64,000 nt of DNA from Diplonema japonicum (GCA_964019335.1 OZ025695.1:434001-498000); one strand, 5' to 3'; counted from the stretch's first letter, positions 21,240-35,274 are shown. The notes: generated by a model not told the origin, from the sequence alone. Program-made: numbers and translations.

Positions 21240-21645
21240 CCTTGGGACGGGGTTGGGTGGGGGCCCTCTGTTGGTGTGGGGGGGGTTTTTTTTTTTGAAT
21301 ATTTTTGAGAACGGGGTAATAAGGGGGTAAAAAAAAAAGTACTGAAACCTTAAAAAAGAAAATTGGGGGGGATATGAAAGGAGAACTGTCTGTAAACTGA
21401 AGGGGGGGGGGGGGGGGAAGGGGGTTAACTTTAGAAAGAAGCTCCCCCCCCCCCCCCCCCCCCTACACCCCGCCCTTTTTTTCCCTTATTCACATCACAA
21501 GCAAAACAAACAGCAAAGAAAAAAAAAAAGAGATTTAAATCTTTTTTTTTTTCCCCTCTCCTTTTTTTTTTCAAAAAAAAAAAAAAACAAAACAAAAAAA
21601 AACTCTAAACATTCTTTTAATCTCCTTCTTTTCTTTTTTTTTTTT

Positions 21646-24600
21646 TCAATCATTCAATTGGCAAACAATAGCAGCACCTTTTTGGACCCAGTAGTCAGAT
21701 GATCGATCAGTCGGTACCTGGTAAAAAATTATTCTTCCCTCCCCATAAAAAAAAAAAAAAAACAAAAAAAAAAAAAAAAAACCACACACCTCAACAAATA
21801 TAATGAAATTCGTCGATGCTCCCAAAGAGGTAATATTCCCCTTCCGCACCGTGGTGATGTACAGCGGTGCACAATAAAACCCCGCTGCCACCTCGTGCGC
21901 TTCTTCGGGCAAAAAGTGAACAACGGGTAGGCTTGAGTACATCTCGCCCGCCTTGCTGTTTTCCATGATACTCAGGGCCTTGCTCCACTTCCAGCTGTCA
22001 CTATACAACCCGTGCACCAAGACCCCGGCAGAAGGAGATGCTTTGACGTCATCCTCCGTCTGCTCTTCAAGGAATTTGAAGGAGAATCCCAACTGATCAA
22101 CAGAAATCGACTGTTTCCGAGCAAGGCCTTGCAAAACACCGGTCATAAACCCATGCGGGGAATAAAGCCCAGGTAACCAGAAGGATTTTGGCTCGCCATG
22201 TACTAACCAGTCTCTGCAATGCTGTATTCTGGCCAACATGTCTCGAATCCACACCCCAAGCGGTTTCAAACTAGGGTACGAAGCGTCCGACCACAGAGAG
22301 GGTACCGTGTCTGACAAGAAGTCCTGGAACATTCTGTCTAACGATTCTGAGAGAACTGTCAACCCACGCAGGGATTTATCCAAATCCCCCAATGTGGCTT
22401 GGATAACATTCTGCAAACGGGCAAACGTCTCGACCTCGTGACGGAGGACCGTCGACAGCGAGTTCGGCAGACCGTTGTCCATGAACGTCAGCGAGTTCGG
22501 ACCCGCCTCGTCCAAACTTAAAAGCTCCGGTAGAACCGCTGATATCTCCGCCGCTTTCTTTTTAACAAGCTCCTCCGGCGACACCCCGCTTGACGAACCC
22601 CGAACCTTCGGCTGTACCATCAAAACCGCTTTAAGCAACTCTTGAGATTCTTGAAGCTGGTATCTTAAATTCGCGTTTTCGTGCATTCCAAACACCTCCG
22701 GCTCGTCGATTCGAGGCAAGGAGTTGATAAAATCCAAATACGCACCGTGTGGTCCATCAGTCGGTGCCTTGTAAATACCAGATTCTGAGAATACATAGGA
22801 ATCGTCAAGAATATCCCCTATAAAGAATCTGCGCAGGGCACTGTGGAGGATCCGACGGTCAATAGGGTCTGTCACCCTGCCGCCGTAGTTAATCTCACCG
22901 ATGATGTAAAGCATGCTGTCCCAGGGGATCTCCTTGTTCTCAAGTATGAAGAGTTTGAGCCATTTGACAGATGTGGTGATGTCGGTGTCGTTCCACTCGT
23001 ACTTTACGTTCCATCCGAGCGGGCCGAATTTTTTGCGTTCTAAGATGAGAGAGTGGAAGAAGGTCAGCCCAAACAGTAGTTTTTTAAAGGCGTGCGATGC
23101 GGAGCAGGACTCGAATTCTTTTTGGTTCGCTGGGTTATCGAAGTATGTCACTTCCTCAGGGGACATCCCCACGTAGCATCTCTTCAGGTTTGCCTTTAGT
23201 CCACTCGGTGCTTCGTTGGTCAACTTAATCGAGTTTTGCAGTACCGGAACAGGGAAGTATGTGGCAGGGCTGGATGTGAGCCATAGTCTGAAATCGTCTT
23301 TGAGTGTCTTGTCAGCTTCTAGACCATTTACGATTTCTAGTAAGCTTGGCATGAAAGATTTCCCTAAATGACAGTTTTGAAGGAGTACCCAATCTCCTGC
23401 TTTTTTACCGGCTTCTATGAGGGCTCTTGCTGGTTTTTCCTGTCCTTGGCCTAAGGAGATTGATTTGACTCTTCTTCCTTCTGATTCTTCCGCCCATTTC
23501 ATGAAGCCGTCGGTGGGGTCGCTTCCCTGCGACAGGATGAATATAATCGGTATCATGGAGGAGCTGTCGGCGAGCGCGCGTTTGAGGTCCAGCGGTGCTG
23601 CTGTTATGTAGAGGTCGCCCATTTCCTTTGCGACGTACGATGTAAGCGCGAAGAGCATTTTCTCCTCCCGGCAGCAGCGCAGGAGGAGGAGCTTTTGGAA
23701 GATGGAGAGGTCCGCTTCCCAGTCGACCCCACCGTTTTCTGCATTGGGAACAGACTCGTCTTGCGGTTCTTTATGAGACAGCCAGTTCATCCATGTTTGG
23801 GGCTTTGTGTCAACGTCCTTCAACAGGCCTGTGGGTATGGTTTTCATTTTTTTTTTTTTCCATACCTTCCCAAGCAGGGACCATCCTCTGCAATGCGTCC
23901 ATCATACCCCATGTCTGGTCTGCAACAAACCCACATGACACTGGTTTGCTTGGCAACTCGCTTGCCACCAGCGCAGACGCTCTGTTGAAGTACATCCACT
24001 CCGCCGCAGATATCTCCCCGCTGCCACGCTGTGTTTTTTAGGTTTTTTTTTTTCTTTCTAATAAAAAATACCTTTATCGCCGAGCAAATGAGTAGAGAAT
24101 AAACTGTCTTGTGCCTGTTGAACAAACCCCTGCACACAGCGGAGTAGGAAGCCTCGGTGATGAGTTCCCTGAGCGCGTTCAAGTGAACATCAAAATTGTC
24201 ATGAGCAGGCGATGCCGCCACAACAAGCGAAACAAGCTTCTTAAAGTAATCCAATGAGTACTGGTACATCGGGTCTATGGCCGGGAGGTCAGCGATGACG
24301 AAGTACAAGATGGCTGCTCGGTTGGCAACAGGGCGGTACCCTTCTCGTGCTTCGTCGATGAATTTTGCCTTCTCCTCGGCCTCCACAAGACGTTTCGAGA
24401 GGAGGACAGAAGTGGACTGTGCCTGCTTCAAGGTGTCGATCAGCTTCTGATTGTCCAAGATATTACCCTTAGCGTCCTCCAGTTCGCTGAGGATCAAGTC
24501 CTCGTACCTCTTCAGCTTCCTCTTGTCCTCCGCGACCGTTTTCACGATCTTATTCTTCTGCTCCTCCAGCTCCGCCTTTTCGATGGACACAACATCCCCA

Positions 24601-27600
24601 AGCATCTGATCCTCAAGCCCTTCCATTGTAACTGTAAAGTTAATCAATGTCACCTTGATGCACACTTCTGGCAGATAATGCGGGTTGGCCATCTTTGTCG
24701 TCATGTATAACCGGAAGGACTGCTCGTAGGGGACTGCATTGTCCGCAGATCCCATGTTGATGTAAAGCTGGTTAGGTGCGGATGACGGTGAGTAGACCTG
24801 CTTCAGCAGGATGGCCTCCATGGCGGGGTCCAGTGTCTCGCCTAGATCGTCAATGAGGAGCGGGGTCCCGTTTTGAACCGCGTTTTTCATGACTTGCCCG
24901 TACTTCGGGTCCGACAGTTTAACTGTTTTCAGGCCGTTTTTCCCTTCCATTTTCCTGATCCATTTATTCGCCTGTCCTTGCGGGTCGATCATGAGCGGCC
25001 ATCTCCGCAGCTTCATCGCCTCGTCGGTGCCCAACTGCACGAGGATGGCGTTCTCTGTCGATGTTTGGTCGGATGGAAGTGACATGATCTGCCATTCGCG
25101 AATCTGCATCGGGTCGCCTAGTGTCTTTGCCAGCGAGTAGTCAGGCGACACAGGAAGCCCTTTTTCCTTCCCTTTCCGAACCCAGCTGTTCACCAGCTCC
25201 GTTCTGAATGATGGCGTGAAGGCGCCGAAGTAAGCGATGCTCGCCGACGCAAGGAACACATTCGCAGGCAGCGTGACCATGTCCTTGTCGAACTGCTCGA
25301 TCATCTTGTCCCACCTCACCACTTCCGCGCCAAGAGAATCTGTCAGAACCTCGGCCGTTGCTAGATGCCGCTGGGCTTGGTCCAGTTTGAACTCCAGCTC
25401 TTCCTTGTTCCTCACGGACTCGTCGAACTGAGCTTGGAGGTGCGACATCTCATCTTCGACAGCTTTCAGAGCCCCTTGTGCGTCTTTCAGTTTGTCCATG
25501 GTCTCGGCAAGCTCCTCCTGTGCTGCCTTTAGTTTGATCTTTTTAGGCGCAACGTCCTTCGCAACATAGTAGTAGATATGCAAAGCCCTGCACCACATGC
25601 AGAGGGACTTGCAAGCTGCGCTTCCTTGCGACCCGATTTTCTCCGGTGTGAAGTCGGGGTCGTCGACAACGAACTTGGAGAGCTTCTTGATGGTGCCCTC
25701 GTCGAGGGAGTCACGGTCGTAGGTCTTCAGCGAGTTGATGAAGTTCCCGTCTGTCATCACCTCCTTTGCGAGCTTCCAGTCGTACTTCGCCTTGCGCAGC
25801 AGGATCATCACGGCGTGCAGGGTCTTTTCCACAGCAGCGGGCGGGTTCTGGTATGCCTTCATCTCGTTGATATCTTTCTTGTCGATCAGTTCAAGAGCCT
25901 TCACCGCGTCGTTCAGTGCAGGTGTTGCCTGGTCGAGGTCAGCCTGCGCCGATTGCTGGATAGCCGTTGCTTTTTCTGCTTTTTCACTAGCTTCCGCCTC
26001 TTGTGCGCTGACCGCCGTCCGCACCTGCGCTGCTTTAGCCTTTCGTGTCTCGATTTCCGTCATCATCTGAGCGTTCTCCACGCTCTTCGTCTCCAAGATG
26101 GGCTTCATTTCCGTGATCTCCGCTTGCATTTTAGCGATAAATGTCGTTGTTTCGTTCATCTTCTTCTTACCGTTGGCCACCTTGTGCAGCTGCTCACCGA
26201 GCTCTTTCTTCTTGTCTTCTACTAAGGTGAGATACACCGATAAAAACTCCAGGTAACTAGTAGGGGTGACGTAGTAGTGGCGGTTGATCTCCGAGTAGAA
26301 CCTCCCCGCCATGTCGGACACTGACTGGTGGATCGTCACGCACATCTCGGTGAGGATCTTGCGCATCTCTTCGGTGTCGTCGCCCAGGTCGCACTCTGCC
26401 AGCTGCCGCTGTGCGACCTGTTGCAAGGCATCTGTGGGCCAGATGTCGAACCAGTCGATGCTGCAGCAGTTGGTGAGGGAGGGGAAGTTCCTACATCGCG
26501 TCCGGAAGGCATCTCCCACAGGCGACATGCACAGCACGCACCTCAGGTTGTCCCGCACCCTTGATATGAAGAACGCGAAGACTTCATCTCGCGTGCCGCC
26601 CCTACCAGCTGCCTGCGCGGCTTGCATGCACGCATTGATCTTCTTGTCTTTTTCCTCTGGTGGAAACAAGGCGGGGACCTCACCCGAGTTCAGCATATTA
26701 TTGATGTCCTCTGTCATCCCCTCGTTCACAAGCTGGGTGTCGTTCAGCATGAACACCACAGACTTCCTCTCGACGCCTGCTATCTGGTACAGTTCTAGGA
26801 GGTCTTCGTGGAACCTGTCTAGTGAGTACTTCCCGTCGACCTCAATCTGGAACAGTTGAAACTCTACCACGCTTGCCGCAAGTCTTGTGAGGGTTTGCTT
26901 CCCGCTGCCGCCTACTCCCACAAGGAGGGCATTCCCTCGGGGCTGCCTGATGACTCTGATAATTCTAGCCAGATGGTAGCAGTGGTCTGTGAAGAACACC
27001 AGCGACAGGTTCTTGTTGGTTGCGATGTTGAACTCGTCGAGGTAGTTCTCGAACAGGCCTGGCAGCCGCGAGGTGTCGACCACCTCCTCGTACTTCTTCT
27101 CCTCCGGAATGGCCCCCATCACCAAGAAGTCGCCCCACACGATGGGGGACTCCACAAACAGCTCCTCGTGCTCCCACTTTCCTGGGAACTGCTGCAGCAG
27201 CACCGGCATCATAATATCTTCTGTGAAGGTCTTGCGGTCCTCCTCGTTGATGAGCCTGTCGTGCAGACACCGTTGGTTCTCATGAATCCACAACCGTGCA
27301 ACTTGTGTTGCGCTGGAACATGTCCTAGGAGTTACCTGCATAAGCCCTTGGAATACTTTCGACAAGTCACGCAGGTTGAAAGTGTAGTGTGCAGTAACCG
27401 GGCGCGGCCGCAGGCTGTTTCGGATCTGCTGGAAGATGTCGACGCTGCCATTGACCATGGACTTGATGAGCGACTTCACCTCCTTGTTGAAGTTTTGGGA
27501 GCTGAAGAACCCGTTCAGGATGGCGTTGAAGATCTTCCGCATAGAGTCCTCGGACAAGTTAGGGATCTGCAACAGGTGGAACAACCTGGTCATCCTCTGC

Positions 27601-30600
27601 GTCACGGCGGATCTCCCTCCCTCGGGTGGGCCACACGCTGCAATAACCACCACATCCTGCACTTGCTTCAGAAACAGTAGCTTCCTGTCATAGAAACCCC
27701 CGTTCCCCATCATTTGCCTGATGAGCTCCACAGGGGGGCTTGCACCGAATTGTTCCAAAGCAGGCATGTTGAGATCGTCGACGAAAAGAGCAACGCGCAT
27801 CTGGTTCCCCTCGAGGACAGGGGCACCGAGGATGTTCTTCCTCTTCACTTTGAGTTTGGACTCGATCATGTCTTGCGTGCGTGGGGAGCTTGTCTTCGCC
27901 GAGAACTGGATAGTAACATTGACGAGATTGAGCTCCTCTTGGTACAGGGTCGTGGTTTTCTGAACGATGGCAGACTTGCCGGTCCCCGTTAGACCGCTGA
28001 ACAGAACAGGCTTGTCGCAGGCAAGGAGCGTCTTTAGTATGTATGAGTAGCGCACCGTGTCGATGGTAGGCACAAGAATGTCAAAGTAGGGCACTGCAGG
28101 GTCGTACTTGAAGTCTTCCACAGACTGGTCCCACCCAACAAACTTCTTGTTCTTGAAATCCACCTGGCAGTCGTAGACACTGTTCGGGCCCGCAAATGGC
28201 GCCACCTCATCAAGGATTGTCCGCACAGCCTGGTCGAAGAGCTCTTGGTGGTACCCGTCCAGGTTGCCCCCCACCGACCACACAAAACAGAAAGAAAAGA
28301 GAACATGGATCATCTCATTCCGCGAAGCAGTGCCCGAGTCCTCTGCATCAGTCTCGACAGTAGTGTTCTCTTCGGGGAACTGCACATTTTGTGTGACGCA
28401 CAAGGCATGGAATAGGTCGCAGCAGCTGGTAACCACTTGGAAATCGCAGTTCTGGATGAGCTCCCCTCCGTTCTTGCGCAGCCACTCCAGCCCCTTTGCC
28501 AGCTTCGTCTCGAAGAGTTGCATCAAGTAACTAATCCCTCGCGGGCCTAACATTTTGTTCATCTTTGAATACGCCCAGCGGTAGATAACGGGGTCCCACC
28601 CAAGCTGTGTTTCGTCCATGTAGACCATCCCGCATCGGGATACGGTGGCAGGGGAGGCAACGGCGAGGTCCATCACCTCGAAGAGCATGTGCACAGTGTC
28701 GGGCAGCTTCATGCGGACACCGTTGTCCAAGCACAGCAGCTTTGAATCATCGAGGACAGAGTTCATGGACTCCACCCACAGGGTGTCTACAGGGCCGTCG
28801 AACACGATCCACTCGTGGTCCTTGCTGCCCGCATCTGCGTCTGCCCTGTTCATCTTAACGACAATAGGGAGGATCCCGTCTTGCCACTCGTTCGTGTTAG
28901 GGTCAACAGAACCGTACAGCTCACCCATGGAGATCGATTTGGGGTTCAAGACGTGCTGGTTTACCTTCTGTGCTTGCGAGTTCTTCACACCGTCCCTGTG
29001 CATTGCTATGAGGGCGTTTCCAAGAATATTCCTGGCCTCTGTCTTCCCACCTCCAGCGGCCCCGACAAGCATCACGCCGTGCCTCACGATCAACGTCTCA
29101 TAGAACTGCAGGACCTTTGTCACGTACGTCGCAACAGGTTTGAGTGTCTTGGACTTGAGGTCGGCCTCGATGGCAGGAAGGAGGCTAGGGTAGTCGCGGG
29201 AAGGGATGCTGACACCCGGGAAGAGGTCAGACATGATGCCCCTGAACAGCGGGATGTCATCGGCCACAAATTTCGGGATGTTCGCGTCGTTGCAGGCAAT
29301 GATGAGCGTGAGGTCTTCGTCGGTGTCGGGCTGCGACCGCTTCAGGTCGCCTGCCATAACTAAGATTGATTTGAGAGCACGCATCCCGAAGTCGTAGTGG
29401 TGCTGCGGTGACAGTTGCTCCGAAGATAGTTTGTACAGCTGTGTGATCTTCAGCGACAGGTTCTCAGCATTGCCGAAACCTTCCGAGTAGAAGATAACTT
29501 CCGCGATCATCCTGAAGTCAGGCGTCATCGCTGCCACAGGTCTGAACAGAGCCTTCAAGTTGTCTGGCAGCTCCGTACGTCCTGCATAACCTGGGTTCAT
29601 CGTGATGAAGCAGCCAAAGGTCGGTTTCAACTCCACATTAGGAGTCCCTTGGAAGTCAAAGGACTTGATGGAAGCGTCCTCACGCTGCTTGAGGAGGGCT
29701 TCCCTGACCTCCATAAGCTGCTGTGCAACGACAGACAACACTTCGATGTTAATTCTGTTGAACTCGTCGAGGCAGCACCACGCCCCCGTCTGGCACAGGC
29801 CAGAGAAGAACTTCTCCATCATCTTGTAAGTTACACCGTCGCTACAGTTGTACACAATGCACAGCCTGCCAAGACCCTTGGCAAGATCCTTCACGGACTC
29901 TGTCTTACCAGTACCAGCAGGGCCAGATGGCGATGCTCCAAGACACAGATGCAATGCGCCGGTGATGGTCATAAAGATCCTGTCTGTGAGGGGCGTGATG
30001 ACCAGCCTGCCCTGCGCTCCCAAGTACTCGTACCCGTAGTTGAACTCCGAATTGTTCTGCCTGATGAAGATGTCACCAAGCCCCTCCGAGTCTAGCTCCC
30101 AGTAGCAACGCAGCTGTTTCGTCCACCCGAAGTCGCCCAGCTTGGTGACACCGTCTTTGACCATGTCGTTGACCAGATCCCTCCCGTGCACGTCGAGAAG
30201 GATCAGCGTCGCAAGCATCCTCCTCCCCACCTTCTCCAAGTCCCTGCCGGTGATGGATGCCAGGTCCCGTAGCTGTGTGTAGCATGACTCCTTGAAGGCG
30301 GTCAACTCTTCGGTGGGGTTCTCCGAGGACAGGGCGTCGGTGGCTCTCTTCTGCCACGCGATCATAGACACGGTGAGGACTAGCTGCACGGGGTGCTCGA
30401 AGATCCAGTCGATCCTAGGCCGTGCCTCGTAGTCGTCGACAGCGTTCTTTGCTAATTTGCGCAGTGTGTGGATCATCACGCCTTCCGCCTCCACTAGCCA
30501 CTTCTCCACAGGCCCACGTGCCCGTACAGGTTTTGCAACAGGCACCTTCTCCCCTTCCACTGAGGTCATGTGCGTGATGTCAGCAGACTCCGTCAGAGTG

Positions 30601-33600
30601 AACTGCTTCACGCCGTCGAACATCTTCAGTGTGTGCGGGGCGATCTTTTCTGGGTTCTTAATCTGTGCCAAGATGTCCAGCAGGTCGTCGTTCGACAGGA
30701 AGTAGAAACGTGGGAACAGGCGTCGCTTGAGCTCGAGCTTCTCCTCCAGTTTTTTCTCGATCCTCTCGAGAGACTCGATGTCCTTCTTGAACTGTATCAG
30801 AAGCGTGTTGTTGTTGGACAGCAGTGTGTTCCGCACGCTGGGATTGTCATGCGTGCGCTTCAGGAGCTCCCTGAAAAGCTTGTCAACGGAGAGGAAGCTG
30901 CGTGCATCATCTGGCCACTGACGCTGGAGCTCCACGTTGCTGAAGATGGACTCGAGGTACATCCACTTTCGCTGCACCTCGAGCCACTTGTCAAGGCATT
31001 CTTGCATGTAGCGCATTTCTGTTTCCCATTTTTCGACCTTTTGCTTGAGCAGCCCTGAGCAGTATCTGTTGGTGGCGATGGTAGAGATCACGACCATAGA
31101 GTCGTCCATTTGTTCGATGACCTCATCCACCTGACCCAACACGTATGCGTCCTTCTGGTCCTTGTATGTGTTGACATTGAACTCAATACCACCCCATGTG
31201 TGGATAACCCCTTCAAGCATCTGGTTCAGTTGCTGCTCCTGCGTGGCTTGGTAGCTTACTGCCGAGATCTCGTCTCGCAGGTCCATCGCGTTGAGGTCGA
31301 TCAGCACCCCTAATGTCCATGAGTTGGGGTCCCTTGACAGCTCCTTCCCGACAATTTCATCGATCTGCTGCCAGTGGTGGTCCTTCAGGTCCTGATTCTT
31401 CAAACAAGTGATTACAGGCATCGTAAGACGGAAGGCCTCAACCATCGAGCGCAGCTTCGGCACCACCGGTGACCCTTTCAGACTGCGGTCCACTTGCTTG
31501 ACAGTCTTGTCGTACTTCTGGACTTCCGCTTCGATCTCAGGCGCGTCGAGTTTACTGAAGACGGTCTGCTTCCATTTCGTGGTGATCTCTTGCCAGTCTT
31601 TAAGGGACTGCCACAGGCGGAGCTTGTCGCTGATGTCGCGATGGATCTCTGCAATCTCCGGGATGGGGGTCGGGTCCGACATTTGAAAGCCTTCCTGGTA
31701 CCCGACGAGGTTGCGTTCTGTCTGCTTGATGCCGTCGATGGTTTCCATGAGGGACTGCACGTAGGCGATGACCTTGTCTGTGTCCTCGCACTCGTCGTTT
31801 ATGATGGGGTTGGCCGCCTGTTCCACGATGTCTACTAGGGAGTCCTTCAAGTCGACGATGTCCTTGTCGACCTTCTCTGCGAAGCCGCGCTTCATGCTCT
31901 CCTTCGACTCCTCTACGGACTGCACCAAGGCTTGTAGCTTGTCGAACTCAGGTTTGCTCCCTTCGAAGAACACCATGCTGTCGTGTTTGGAATACTCGAT
32001 ACGCGGATCGCCTATGTCCATCTCACGGTACATCTCCTTAATGGTTTCAAAGCGTGTGCGGTACTGCTCCAGGCGCTCCGAGGTGAGGACATGGAACTTG
32101 TCGTACCCCACGAAGCCCTCCACTGTCTCGGGTACCTCCGACAGCCGCGTGTTCGCTTCTCTCAGTTCGTTCAGCAGCAGTGCATTCTTCTCCCTTGCGA
32201 TCTCGGGAAGGAGTTCTTGCAGTGTTCGAAGACAGTTCTTCGGCGACGGTTCCAACGCCGTCTTCAGCTTCTCCATCTTGATGCTGAAGATTGTGATGTG
32301 AGACTCTGCTGGGATGTGGTCGATGTCCTCCGACTGTCCTTTGTACGCTTGCATCTCGTCCCGGAACCACTCCAGCGATTCGTCCGCGCTCTTGATTGCG
32401 TCCCTGTCCAACGCGGCGTTCTTCGCGTAAACCACTTTGAACCCGTTGAAGCTGTCTGCGTACGCCAGTACCTTCCCGAAGGCCTGGTTGTGCGACCCTG
32501 TGATCCCCTCGACTACCTTGTTGTAACTATCGTTCCTCTCGAGCATCTTCCGTGTATCGGGTCCCGAACACGGCTCGTCCACCGTCTGGTCAGCCCCTGC
32601 GTTCTTCGTGTACTTTTTGAACTGCTTGCTCTTGATGAAGCGTTGGACCCCGCAGATGATGTCGAGGAAGCCTTTGATGATGGTGTCTGTGGACAGAAGG
32701 AACTCGTCGAGCCCAGGGGTGATGGTAATGGCTTGTCCTGTAAAGGATATGTCCACGTAGTACAAAGCTGGGGGGGGTGCCTCACGGTCGGAGTCCAAGG
32801 GAACCGACTCAGATACAGCACCAGAGTCGCTGCCGTCTGTGAACTTAACACACTCGGAGAGCTCAGTGACGCTCTTGTGAGCAAGCTCCGCGAGGGAGTC
32901 CACCACCATGTAGTCACATAGACGGATGAAGGCGCTCAGCCGTCGGCAAACCGCTCTTCTTTGCGATTGTTCGATGTATGTTTGCCTCCCAGGTAGCGAC
33001 CCTCCAGGGCTGTTGTTCTGCTCTTGACTGTCCGCATCAACAGCAGGCGTCGACGACACAATGGAAGCCTTGCACGCCTTCTCGATCATGTCCCGCACGT
33101 TGTTTGTGATGGCCTCCAGCTGCACCTCCGCACCCTGCCTGCTCTTCGCTTGTCTCTCAGTGTATTCCTTCAACGTCTTTGTCTCTCTTAGCTTCTCGTA
33201 CATGTCAATGGTCTGTATGTCCAAGCAGGTCCTGCGTATCTCTACGAGGGGCTGCGACAGGTCTTTGTTCAGCAGGAACAGGTTCTCCTCGAGGTGCTGC
33301 TTGCACGACGACACGATGGTCTTCCTCACGTGGCGCAGCCAGAAGTAGAACGTCTTCCATTTCCTGTATATCCGGAAGAAGGGGATCTTCATCATGGTGG
33401 TGAAGGTTTGGTACTCCTCAAGCCAGTCGTCGATGGTGATAAAGTCCCCCTCATCGTTGCGGTAGTGCGTGACACCAGCTGCGGAGAGGGTCAGGTAGTC
33501 AGACGTATGGGTTTCAATATAAGAGTGTTTCACGATTCTGAGGTCGTAGGGGTTGGGGGGGTCCTTGAGGCCGCGCTCACGTGGCACAAGGTATATGAAT

Positions 33601-34079
33601 TTTTGTCCAAGAGTGCCCGCACGGGAGAGGGCGGCAATCTGAGAAATGTCAGCCTCCGAGGAAAGATCAGGAGCCGCATCAAGCAAATTGCTGGTCTCCT
33701 GAGAGTTCTGTGTCAGGACCGGGCGGACTATCGTTGCTGGTTTTGTTGTAGACCTTGCTGACAGGGGCATTGTCCGTTCGTTTTTCCTACCGGGGGACAT
33801 GCTGGTGGCGGCCTTCCCCCTCTGGAACACGCCTTCTTTGAACGCAGGCGGCACAACAGGCACCAACGACGGTCGTTCCTCAGCAGGTGGTGTGGGGATT
33901 TTCCGTACGACTTCCTTCCTCGGCCCAGAGTACAGTCTCTGCATCAAGCTGTTCTCCGTGCTACCCTTCTCCTTATCTAGCATCCCTTCCGCGTAGTCCA
34001 GAGGTGTGCGTGGTGCCTCTTCACCCCTTTCTTCTGCTGGAGGTGACGGCGTAAAAGCACCATTCCCACCATCAGACAT
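21646..34079 (-). CDS. DNAH6: Axonemal inner-arm dynein heavy chain, DNAH6-like (~4093 aa); introns 24029-24071, 23829-23865, 21718-21789
   Basis: FPRFYFLSNDDLL, YGYEYLG..RLVITPLTDR, P-loops GPAGTGKT, GAAGGGKT, GLTGTGKS, GVGGSGKQ, stalk, WVLLQNCHL, NYGGRVTD; single-headed type N-terminus (PYDLRIV..GVTH..IPFF..YRKWK). Paralog assignment is less certain than the family call. Confidence 0.93.
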
Positions 34080-34515
34080 GGCGGGGGTCTCCCACACCCC
34101 ACCTTTTTTTTTTTTTAAATTTTTTATTTTATTTTGTAACCGGAAGGGGGGAGAATAAAGGGAAAAAAAAAAAAAAACGAAAGAAAGCCGAAGGAAAAAG
34201 AAGGTGGAGGTGGGGGGGGACTCAAAATTTCTTTTCAATAGTTTTTTTCCCCCTCTTCCTTTTTTCAAAAAAAAAATAAAGGTAGACATCCGAAGAAACA
34301 AAAAAAAAAAATGGCTTAACGTGCCTGAACTCGTGCAAAAAGGAAAAAGAGAACAAAGAAGGGGGAAACATAGGCAAGGCGTGGGGGAGGGCCGAAATTA
34401 TCTTTTCTTCTCCTTTTCTAAATGATGAAAGTAAAAATTGGCAGGAGGGGGCAGGAACAAAGAACCCCTCCCCTCCTGCTGATAGTGTATGTGTGAAGTG
34501 GATACTATAGAACTG

Positions 34516-34518
<3 letters not shown>

Positions 34519-34578
<60 letters not shown>
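34519..34578. repeat. (TG)30 microsatellite
   Basis: Direct reading of the sequence. Confidence 0.95.
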
Positions 34579-34579
<1 letters not shown>

Positions 34580-35225
34580 CTTGTGTATGATAAGACGCTG
34601 CAGAGAAAAGGTGCTCCATGATAGAGGAGAAAGAATAGAAAACAAGAACCCAGAATCCCTGCATGGCACCTCTCTGAGCAGATCTTTGCCTTCCTGAAAG
34701 AGAAGGGAAATTTTGATCGGGGGGGGGGGGGGGGGGTCTTCCTTGCCCAGTTCATTCATCTCATAACGCCCTCTTTTTTTTTTGAGGGGGTTTCACGTCA
34801 GTTTTGGGCATTCCAATTGAAATTGGTCGCTACTTTATTTTTTTTTCTTTTTTTTAGAAAAGCTCGCTAAGATAATATTCTTTTCGTTGTAGGGGGGGAA
34901 AAAAAAATCACTATGATGGGAGTGTTGCAGTTGGCCTCAATGCCAACGTACAACTTCGTCTCAGAACACGCATTTTTTCCCCTCTGCTCACGTAGCTCAG
35001 CACCAGAAAAAAAGAAAAATGGGAAAGAGGGAGAGTGGGAGGGGGAGGGGGGGAGGGGGAGGGGCTTAATTATGATCCGTATTTTTTTTTTTGTTGTTTT
35101 TTTTTTTTTTTTTTTTTCTTCTTTGATGGTTTCCTTTTTTTTCCGTTTTCTTTTTTTTTTTTAAATGAAACGTTCCGCATCCTCGCACTAACGTTGTTCC
35201 CCCTCCCCCACCCCTCAAAAAAAGA

Positions 35226-35267
35226 TGTCTTTGAAGGGAACCTGCAGTATGTGACAGGATCGCCTAA
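35226..35267. repeat. Dispersed ~42-bp motif, copy 1 (eIF4E 3' UTR)
   Basis: TGTCTTTGAAGGGAACCTGCAGTATGTGACAGGATCGCCTAA, 38/42 identical to 60932-60972. Confidence 0.75.
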
Positions 35268-35274
35268 AAAAATA

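Noticed and set aside
21402-21463. G-run/C-run hairpin and many G-runs as G-quadruplex signals
   Set aside because: Homopolymers are ubiquitous here, so individual cases carry no specific evidence
23844-34301. ORF-track N-terminal extensions and apparent frameshifts (dynein, SET, sulfatase, AP-4 mu, FAH, eIF4E, TRF4-like)
   Set aside because: Extensions start at non-ATG or homopolymer codons; each frame break is explained by a GT-AG intron, so neither programmed frameshifting nor pseudogenisation is needed
34222-34759. His-Thr repeat ORFs
   Set aside because: Translation of the (TG)30 microsatellite
34766-34777. 12-bp inverted match AACGCCCTCTTT to 59093-59104
   Set aside because: Too short and not extendable; compatible with chance
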